Of a stretch of DNA of 64,000 nucleotides, positions 11,279-38,679 are shown one piece after another. The position numbers and the translations under genes are program-made. Numbering within the stretch: the first letter of the stretch is position 1; each line of letters starts with the position of its first letter. The stretch is from Phoronis australis (Eukaryota; Animalia; Phoronida): NCBI GenBank assembly GCA_002633005.1, contig NMRA01000030.1, positions 124,001 through 188,000 on the forward strand, given 5' to 3'. Below the pieces are notes generated by a model. It was not told the DNA's origin. It ran no database searches and saw only the letters and a list, made by a program, of their open reading frames with translations.

Positions 11279-14200
11279 AACTTGTCTGCCACTTCTTGTT
11301 AGATCCTGCAAGAGATTTAGGAGACACTGCAGCGGACACGTGACGAAAGACGCCACAGCTAGGACGGACGGACAATAAAAAAATCTTTAATATGTTTTTT
11401 CTCTTTTAAAATCCCCCAAGCAACGCGGATTTCAAATTCAAACTGAAATAGAATGTTTGCCACCCAGTAGCAAACTGATATCGCCCAACAAAATTGTGCT
11501 GAAACAAACCTTGATATTAATAGAGGCGATACCTTTTAGTACTAACCTATACCCCACACCGTACATTCATAAATAGCCGCTTATACAAGCTGCAAGGCCA
11601 ACAAAAACAAGTATTATAACGGGAAACGTTAAACAACGAATGTAAAATACAATACTTACGTCGATATAAAAGTTGCAAATTCTCAACCAAAAAGCGCTAC
11701 CTGTTGGGTTTTAATGTATACTCAATTAGCTTTATCTCTGAGTGTGGGTAAAATAGGCTTCCCCTTCACGAACCACGCGGGTGTCCTCACTATCAACGTT
11801 TTTCCCATGAACTGATTTTTTTCTTGCGAGTTGTTATTCTCTTCCGACGAACATGTGAACCACCAGCACTGAAGCACGTGCTTTGTACAATGTAGCGAAG
11901 CAGTATAGAAACGCATAGTGGTTTATCAAGAAACTGAGTTCGTGAAAGTAATGGTGGTGAGTGAAAACGGAAAGTTCTTGTCTCAAAAATTGCGTTTGTG
12001 AGAAAAAAAACACGTTGTTAATGAGAATTCCCATATAGTTCATCATGAGGGAGGTAACTGTCAAATTGTGTAAGCAGCCGGTCACGCCCACGGAGATAAA
12101 GCCACGTTCTACGTCAGGGAGTACAAACACGGCTGCATTCTCATTAAGGTTATATAACATTGTCCATCATTAGTATGGAAATATTGCAGGTACATTTCAA
12201 TGTATATCGATCGAACCGGGAGAATACAATTGCGAAAAACAAGTCTGCAAAACAAGTGGAAACTTTTAAATAAACTTACTATGACGATATAATGTTATTT
12301 TAATTTTAACGGCTGTTATGAGANAAATACAATGCATAGGGTATACAGTATAGAGTATAGTAATAAAGCATAGCCATGTACGTTTAGCTGGAGCTCTCCC
12401 AAAGTAGACATCACTTCACTGGAGATCGCCTTGCAGTTAACATAAGATTATTCATACATTAAACATTCATTAATTGAATGACATGTGATACGCATAGTAT
12501 ACTTGACACCAAAAATACGGTTACAGTATTGACACTCCGGAATACGACATGATAGCCAAACATTTTCTGCGACCATAATAACTAGACATAAATGTGTGTG
12601 CGTGTACGAGCGTGTGCACATGTACATGTATGTAAACATTCGTGGACAGCACAGTAAGCCATTTGCGAGTGCAAGTATTTTCGCGTCAGCCAAGTTATCA
12701 TTACTCGTTCTTGGTGAGATAAATGTCACGTCACCCATCCAGGGCAGGGCTCCTTAGATGTATACTTAGGTGTAACCCTGGACTTCATACAACACATGCG
12801 GCACGTGCTTGCCGAAAAAACTAAACCTGCACGTCTTGTTTCATATATTTCCACCCACAATGCATCGTGCACTTAAGTTTTTAGCGCTAGTGAAAACAGT
12901 AGGCCTATTTCCTTATATTTTATGGTCAACCGTTTCAAAGAGGAAGGTGTCTTGTACGCAAATTTACCTAGTGATACACGCTGTAGGCGCCTTATAAAAC
13001 CTTCGTGGTTCCCATTTCACAAAGTTACTTAATTATTCGCAAGAGGGCGATGACCGACTATATTCCTCTTATCAAAATCGTCTAGTTATGTAATTTTAGT
13101 TTGCGCTTATGAACTTTTCGCGTTGCCTTGTAGATATTCGTTCGAAAGGTTGTGTAATACTTAAATCAATTTCTAAATCGGAGTGTATGGATCAAGGGAG
13201 AATTCAACGTTAACAGCGTCGTGTTAGACAATTTAATTTTGGCGTTTATAAACTGTCCCAGAGATAAATGACGCAGATTTAATACAACCGGGCGTGTGTC
13301 ATATTGCCGTCAAACGCAACAAATTAAAAGCGTACAGGCAAGCTCTCGTAAGGGCATTGCCGTGTATTGTGCTTGGATAAGATGATCTCAGGAGCACATA
13401 AGTAAAAGAATGACGTTTTCCTAAACCGAACCACGGCATTCTGTAACATCTTGCACAACGGAATGTCTCCTTGATTGGAAACTTTTTATATCATATATTT
13501 TTATAGCATATCTTGAATATCAAGCTCTGTGGAATATTCCTTAGTCGTTGGTAAACTTTCAAGATACAGTCAAGTGAGCTAATTTCTTCGATAACAAGTA
13601 GTGACGTCAAGCGACCTACTGTAAAACAAGTTTTCAGTCACTTGGAACTATCAAATGCACAACGAGAGTGTTTACCTTTAAATTAAAACACAATTCCACT
13701 TTAAATACTAAAATCTTCCTTTCCAAAAACTAATGTATAATTTGTAAATCTGAGATACTTCCTTCAGACATCGGATATCAAAATATTTTGATGCAAAATT
13801 ATTTAGAATTGGAGAATTATCGCTAAAATCGCTTTCGAAAGAAGCCCTGGTGGGACATGAAGTTAAAGATATGAAATAAACTAAGCAAAAAACACACTAA
13901 TTAATTCACATGATTTTATATACTTTTGCAAACTCTTTGGTGAACGTAATTCCAAATCAGAAGCCCAGAGCTTACTAAATAGTTTCATCCCATTGGTGAA
14001 TCAAAATTAGACGAATTTCACGAGGCACAATCGAGTACTTACAATAAATTAAAACATTTTCGACCGTCAGTGACTGCGGTCATCCGCTGTAATTAAACAA
14101 AATATAATTGATGTTACGTGAAAGTGAACAAATCCACTGATAATATAACATCGCGGGAAATATTGTCACGGCAAATTTTAGATTGTTAGTTTGTCTGTCA

Positions 14201-14641
14201 GCGTAACAGTCACAGGGGTCCGGATTTTGAGAACCAATTTCCTCCACTGAATAACGGACATCAAACTGGTTTATGCATGGTCTTGTAAAACTCTCATTAT
14301 TTCCTGAACTTGATGAAAAGTTAAGCCAATCAAATGTTGAAAATTGGGGCACTTAGCTTGTGCCGCATTGTAATCTGAAGTGAACATTCTGTTCGATATT
14401 TCTGTCTACTATTGTACCTGATGATGATATTTGATTAATATTGAAACGTCGTTTTCATCCTGGTCTCTAGCGTCGTTTTTGTTTCACACTTCTTGCTTGA
14501 TTATTAGGTAATGTTTGGTAAATGGAGGTGATATCATAGACGAGATGGATACGATCCGTTTGGTTAACAGGACATTTAAGAAAAATGATTTACACTTTTC
14601 AAGGAGCCACCATTACAAACATTTGAAACGTAGACACCTTG

Positions 14642-14716
14642 ATATTATTATTATTATCATCATCATCATCATCATCATCATCATTATCATCGTCATTACT
14701 ATTATCATTACTATCA
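14642..14716. repeat. (ATT/ATC)n microsatellite
   Basis: attattattattatcatcatcatc... Confidence 0.9.
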
Positions 14717-17700
14717 TGTCCTTGTTCACCGTACACTCATTGTACTTCAGTATTCAGCGGTGGAAGCTGAAAGGCATGGGTGGTTAAGCTAAGAATAATT
14801 AGAGGTCAGTTGGCAACCATAAAAACACGCGACTTCTGTCAAAAACCGGACTTTTGGTTTTGACCATTTATTGTTATATAACACCTATCTTACGTTGCTC
14901 CTCAGATCAGAAACGATTTTTTGATTTGAGAAAAACTGCCAGGTCATCATTTGCTTCACACCAGGCCCATTGAATTGATTGTCACGGCGTGTTAGGGAAA
15001 TACTCCGGCCAATTTATTCATTTTGCAACACAAATTCACAAAAATGATAAGAGGTCGAGCGACATAGGTTTGAAAGATGAAATACGCCTGCGAAGAGCGC
15101 ATGCGACATAGCTTTGACAGGTGAAATAGCCTGCGAAGACAGTTTATGTTGTTAAGACCAGAACATGGTTTACAGAGGCGTTAAAAACGAAACCGGTCAA
15201 TGATAATGGCATTGTAAGCGGACACTAAAGTTGTTACGTCACAATCCCGACGGTGAATACAGTTTCGCCACTACTTGTCTCATTACGTCCATAAATCGGG
15301 CATTGAACGCGTTTCACTTCTGACACGTAACGTTTTCAGTAATGATTCATTTGATTTCCTAATATGCTATTCTAATTTTACGTAACTCGTTGCAAATAAA
15401 ATGTATCTATGATTGTCACGTTAAACACCCTGCCGTTGGAGAGAAGGGAATCTTCAGACGAAGACGTCCAGAACTAAGAACCAAGATGACGCAACCAACT
15501 GGGGAATCCAACCGGTGCTTTGTTCATAAATCCCCCCTCTGGTGCACATGATGAGACCATGAGAGACATAATCGACTACAGCCATTGCGTAACTAATTTA
15601 ATACGATCAATCACAGTAGAGGGCATTCACTCGAGCTGATGACATCAACTTGTCACGAATCGGTTTTTGTGAAGTATGGTTTTGAAAACGAGGCGGGGCC
15701 AAACATGCACCCAAAATATGAGGGTAAATAATGTTTTGCACTCTTTAGCTTACTTTATCAGCAGTAAGACGGGTGCCCACTGGATAACAAGCAGTAAAAT
15801 TCAAGTAGCACTGAAGAACTGAATTGCAAGAAAACGATCGTTGTTTAACCTCCGGTCAGAAAACGAAAACACAAAATAATGGTCTTTAAGTGACTGTATG
15901 TAGTGCAGTTAACAAAACACTTGAATTCAATAAAACAGGCTGGGTGACTTGCTAGCAATATTCGATGTCAAAACGAGCAATAGGACACCAGTAAAACCCT
16001 GCTTTAGAAAAGATTAAAATCATAAATAAGGTATATGTTTATCAAACGTAATTGTTCGCACATTTCAGAATTCTGAACACAAAGAAAGGGAATCGACCTC
16101 TAGCGTCCTGTGTCTACCTTGTTTGAAAGTTGAGCAGAGGGCATATGGCCAAATGAAAAAAGAAGAGAATGCACACACGCGCATTAGGGTGCCTTGTGAG
16201 GAGAGATAAAAATAGTTCTAGTTTTATCAGCTCTAAAGAGGTACAGGGGTAAATTTTTCTGCATATTTCGGTTTTAACGATAATTGTTTGGTTTGAATAA
16301 GTATGCGATTTCATCAGTTACTGAATTGAACAATAGTAAAGCAAATAGAAAATGCAGCTATTTTTTTAAACTTTTGAAACCATTTTGAAAAAACTGCCGG
16401 ATCACTTAATAACACATTAAACGAAATGTTTCGCCATAATTTCTCAAAATCAAAACTTCGCCTATCATCCTATCAGCGAGCGACACAGCTGGCGCGGAAT
16501 GATCTGTCGGAGTGATAAGTCGCAACTTGGCAGCTTTTCAAATAAGCCATTGGTTGGACTCAGTATAGTCCATCTACTCTGTTGCCGAGATTACATGATT
16601 GAGTCCCAAGCAGCTGATTTTTTTGCTTTTGCCTGACTTTTAGACTGCTCCTGGGGAGGCTTTTGGCTTGTAGACAAGTTTTCTGATGTTCAGCTTCGTT
16701 TTCGGGAAACAGGCTGAACCGTCCGTAGACTGATTTTTACCAAAAAGACAAAATACTCCGATAAACAACCCCCAAGTGTTAATGGGTGCTGGAACCAAGG
16801 AGTGTATCGTACACTCCTTGTTGGAACTGCCAGCATTGTTGTTGTCTCCGGGTTTAAACATGTTACGTCATGCCTTCATTTAAATGAGTTGAACAAATAC
16901 GTTCCGCTTGTAGTGTTTTTGTCAAGCAAACCTTATTTTAAATCGTAAATTAAGTTATGAAAATAAGTACTTTCCATAGAAAGTTGGTGCAACTGGCCCG
17001 GGAAATTAACTCCAATTTTAGACAGGATAGTTGCGGTGAAGTTGGTACAGTCACACCCGGCACTGTCCGTTGCATTTGGGATTTGTGCGGCTACGCACTT
17101 TTACTCTGTCCAGCGTGCTTCCAGTATTTACTCCTTTGTCTGAACCAAAATATGACTGCTCTATTCCATTCTGCAAAATTAGACCGTTAAAAATAATATT
17201 AACAATCGGGAAATTTGAAGAACTGTTTATCCACTGACTCTAAAAATGCTGTCAAAAGCGCCCAACACAACGGCGGCACCTGCAACGAGGGTTGTCGGGT
17301 TGCATAGAACTTCAGGTTTATTGTTCAACAATAACAACGTGGCGCATGATAATGCGACGTTATTGTTGCTATACAGCGTACAACTTTTATCCAACTGGGC
17401 CCTCAAAATGCGAAAGTAGCGTAGTGGTAAAAAGAAAAACATGGAAGAGAGTTAAGAAACTGTCACGTAGATGCAAGACAGTACGCGCCGTCGGCGGGCA
17501 GTTCCAACAGCCTTAGTACACAGGACCAACTCTTCGAAGCCGGGACTGAGTTGACCGTTACGAAAAAAGTACATGCATTTTGATAATTTATCAATAGAAA
17601 ACGCATGACTTAACCTAAGCTTACGATCTATCTCTTAACAAAACGTCTTCCCAAAATGACAACAATAAAAAATAATAGAGGAAACCAAACGTCCGTTAGA

Positions 17701-18789
17701 CTGGTTCCTTAAAAGAACATCAGATCCGGTTTTGGCCTAATAACAGATATTAAAAATGACGTTCCATTCATTTCTCTGAAACAAAATAATGATCTGTAAC
17801 CCATCGTAACCCTCAAATGTTTCGACCAAATTTGAAAATTCCTTACAAAGTCTGCTAAACGGGCAAGCGAGACCTACTTTTTATGGGAGTTACATCATAA
17901 CTGTAGAGAAAGACTANCCCCCCCCCCAACCCCCCAAGAACCATAAAATCCTATTTGGGACACAGAGGTTATGTTTTTAGCTGAACCCTGAAATCTTCAT
18001 TCAAGTGGGACGCCACTATGCATTAACAGGTGGCAGAATGGAGCTTTTTAGTAACTTTTTAAGGGCACATTGTCGTCCCGATGGACGTCGGCAACGGTAA
18101 CACATTTAGGTCACACGACTGCGTACACTGTTGTGTTGTTAGCCGTAAATACCCAGCGCTGAAACAAACCTTAGTCTGCCTACAGCTGTCTTGATATTAT
18201 TTTGTGTTACTCTACTGTAACAGCTTTTTAATGAGAACATGTACCACAAACAAAGTAAATTGGATAGGTGTCCCAGTAACTAGGATGTGTATCTTGTTAA
18301 AAATTGACAGGAAGGAAGACAACTGTAAGGCCAAAAGCAACATGTCCCTTTTATATCATCCGACAGAGAAAGCAGCAGACATGAAACACAGAAAGCGCAT
18401 TTTGAAAGTCTGTTGATCACGTCTTTTACACAAACGAGTCCATTACACCGACTTGTGTAAGAAACATTGGGCCATCACCATGACGACTTTAAACAACCAA
18501 AGGACTTCATTAAGGACAAAGGATGACAAAAGATTCTCGTTTGGCTCACTACCTCTAATGATACAATTTCAGTTGTACATTTCGCTCATTAACAAAGGTG
18601 GAAATAGAAAGAAGGCACAATTTAACAAAGCCATTTTATTAAACAAGAGGCAGAACATAGTGGATACACAAGTTAAGGCATCAATGATAGATGAAAGACC
18701 TCAATTATACTGATTAAAGCTAAAATTCATTCACTCCCAAGCACTCAAGCAACAATTGTTTCATAATTTCCTAATAACAAAACGTTGAA

Positions 18790-19026
18790 AATAAATCTGA
18801 AACTAAATAAGGCGATCCAGATCCTCCCAAGGATACTATTGTTTCACGAAATGTAGAATATAAATCGGTAAATAAAACAACAAGAATGGATCAACTGAAA
18901 TTTGAAATTTTCGGATGTAATAACTTCCTTTGTCAACAGAAACAGAAACAGAAACAGAAATAAAGTAAAATCAAATACTATATTTCCGTTTCTGTTGACA
19001 AAGGAAGTTATTACATCCGAAAATTT
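18790..19026. mobile_element. Foldback/palindromic interspersed element, copy 1
   Basis: Perfect ~39-bp inverted repeat aaattttcggatgtaataacttcctttgtcaacagaaac...gtttctgttgacaaaggaagttattacatccgaaaattt (18905-19026). Left arm is shared with 40909-41090. Confidence 0.7.
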
Positions 19027-19039
19027 TTCTTCAATAGAA

Positions 19040-20510
19040 AGCTATTTACCAAATTTCATGGAAATCTGTCAAGGAACTTCAGAGAAACAAAGGAAAATGG
19101 AAAAAAATGAAATTGCCACTAGGGGGCACACTGTATGTTGGATCCACCTGAAAGTCGTCGTCTGTTGTTAGCTTCATATAAATACACTTACCAGTGGGTT
19201 TAGGAGATACAGCTATGGGCGCAAAACAAAACAAAACAAAACTACCACTAGGAGATGCCACAATAGTTGAAGTCATCATCATTAACCGTGCTCTTCACAC
19301 TGCTAACACAAAAGCCAATTTTCAAAATCATCCTTAGAATGGTTTGGTTGACAGAGGGGTGGACGCCAAAAAACACTTGAAAACAGCAAAAATCATGGTC
19401 ACTAAGTGGCGCAAAATACCTCGATACCATCCGAAAATGGGATGATACCGTCATCTCACTAATAGACCCCTATATTCCAAATTTTATGAAAATGCGTTGA
19501 GGAGGACCTTTGAAGATACAGAGGTAAACATAAAAACTAAAATTGCCACTAGGGGGCATACCAGTAGTAAGAACACGCATGACAATTTTCACAATCATCC
19601 TTAGAGCAGTTTGGTTGATAGAGAGGTGGACGCCACAAAACAGACTCGAAAACAGTAAAAATGGCCACTAAGTGGCGCAAACTACATCAAATCCATCCGA
19701 AAACAAAAGGATATCATCACCTGACTAAAAGATGCCTACATGCCAAATTTTATGAAAATCCGTTGAGGACTTTTGAAGATAGAGAGGTAAACGTAAAAAC
19801 ACTGAAATTGCCACTAGGGGGCACACTGGTAGTCAGATCCGTCCGAAAGTCGTCATCGTCTATTGCCAACATCATATAAATACACTGGTTAGAGTTAGTA
19901 AAGATCCTGTACACGCTTTAGGAGAAACAGCTATGGGTAAAAACAAAAAAACCGCCACTAGGAGGCGCCACAGTACTGAAAGTCGTCGGAAAATCACCAA
20001 GAACATACACGCCAATTTTTACAATCATCCTTAGAGTAGTTTGGTTGATAGAGGGGTGGATGCCAAAAACTCGAAAACAGAAAAAATGGCCACTAGGTGG
20101 TGCAAAACTATGTTGAATCCGCCCAAAAACAGGAGGATAGCATCATCTCACTAATTGATGCCTATACGCCAAATTTTATGAAAATACATTGAGGACCTTT
20201 GAAAATACAGAGGTAAACATAAAAAAATAAAATTGCCACTAGGAGGCACACCGGTAGTTAGATCCATTTGAAAGTTTGCTCGTGCCGTCCCATCCATGAA
20301 AGGAACACAGGTGCAAAAGTCCATGAACATACTCAAAGGGTTTTGGAGATAGAGCAGCGGACGCCAGATGCCGGACGGACGCTGAACGGACGCCGAATGG
20401 ATGCCGGACGGACACCAGACTGACGCCGGACGGATGACAGATGGACGGGATGACAGCATAATGCATCCATATATGTGTGTGAGCGTGCGTGCGTGCGTGT
20501 GTGTCCATAA
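19040..20510 (+). repeat. Composite interspersed repeat with internal tandem subunits (gccactagggggc / ccaaattttatgaaaat) and a gacggacg tail
   Basis: Subunits recur at 19115, 19545, 19810, 20235 and elsewhere. Diverged family members lie at ~10940-11375, 26700-27170, 30440-31620, 48220-48860 (reverse) and 50380-50720 (reverse). Confidence 0.7.
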
Positions 20511-20847
20511 AAACTGCAATAATATAACATGTAGCCATTTCAAAACTGAATAACAAGAAACAAGTGTGAGTCTATCAATACAAAAACAGAAGAATGTTTT
20601 AACCAGATGATGTCATGCTTCTGGAAATGAACGGCCAAAGTGAGGCAAGCGCACTGGTGTCCACACATAGTCTTACACATGTCAATAATCCTTCTTTTAG
20701 ATGGCCAATCTCCTCCACAGGTGGAGCTTTGAAAGAGGGCACTACAATATTGAGCAAAGAGAAGTAAAAGCTCAGTTGTGTTCAAGGTCATCCAATCAGT
20801 CAGCTTGGTAATGCTTAGCAATAAGCCACTGCTTAAAAATACCCACA

Positions 20848-37487
<16,640 letters not shown>

Positions 37488-38654
37488 CTTGTCTTGTCTT
37501 TACTTGTTTTATAGATCCCTGCGATTGCTTATATGTACTGTTCCATCATCTAACCTGCCAAAAGACACTTACATAATAACTACTCTAATCAATGACAAAA
37601 GTGTTTAAACTTGTTCACTAAATAAAAAGCCACATGCAGACAACTATTCAGGGTTGCTAGTAGTCTTCATGTAAATTAAGCTGCATGTATAAAAATACAG
37701 TTTTGCACCGAGGTACGTAAAAAAAACTTGCCAAATAAAGTCCTATACAAAATTAGTGTTATTATAAAGTAGTTGTACCGACACTCGAGTAAACTGACAT
37801 TAGAGCTATTATGCACAAAGATGTCTCCTATCCTCTGAGCTCGGTCTTGTGAATGTGTGCAAACGTGAAGTTTCTTTTTTCAATAGCTAATGTTTTCTGT
37901 TTCCAACGATGTCTTTGGAGTATAAAAGAATTTTAGGTACGCACCAACCACAGGCGTCCTCAGCTTCTGATAGCGTCCCCAATAGACTAGATGCACAAAC
38001 GAACTCTTCTTCAATAAACCCGGAAGTGTGCCGCTCTCCAATGAAGGAGATTACTATAATCTACCGGTAAGGTCTTTTTGTTTCCGTGTTTCTAGCACAG
38101 TTGAAACTTCACATCAAAAATATAGCTGATGAACTGTGTTTCGGACCAGAGGTTTATGTTGATACATTACTTGATCAAGAAATCCCGGAATTTTTAAAAA
38201 CTAGTTTCACTTACAAAGTTGTTGCCTGTTAGCGAGTGGCAAATAGAGGCTCACATGATTCACTGAAACCACACTCCACAGCCACACACACAGCCTGCCA
38301 CAGGCGTCCACAGCTTCTGATCGTCCCCAATACACTACATACAATACTACTATTATAATATTCAGCATACACTCATGTTTAGGAACAATGAAGTCATTTG
38401 ATGACTAGTGCTATGTAAGTGCTCAAAGATATGATACTTCCCTCTTGAATTTTAGTATCTGATATCAAATTTCATTCATCAATATGAATCCCAAATCTGT
38501 CAATGCATGTGTATACAAACTCCTCAGAGGTTTGAATCTAGATGCCCATGTTTACTTAGTTGCACAATTTGTAACATGGGAAGTAGTGTAATGTGTAGTG
38601 TTTGCACACAACGTGTCATCAACATATTATGTATTGTTGCGTATTATCTTCCAG
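37488..38654. promoter_or_regulatory. Bidirectional promoter region shared by ADPRH and HHAT
   Basis: Head-to-head genes; ETS/GABP-type CCGGAAGTG at 38020-38028; candidate HHAT first exon ending CCG|gtaagg at 38066. Confidence 0.65.
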
Positions 38655-38679
38655 TTCGCTGTGTATCTACACTGAAAGG

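Noticed and set aside
14515-14787. Poly-Ile ORF (also the poly-Leu ORF at 59100-59468)
   Set aside because: Trinucleotide microsatellite artefacts.
12324-17917. Single n bases at 12324 and 17917
   Set aside because: Assembly ambiguity or gap markers with no flanking duplication noticed; distances across them may be unreliable.
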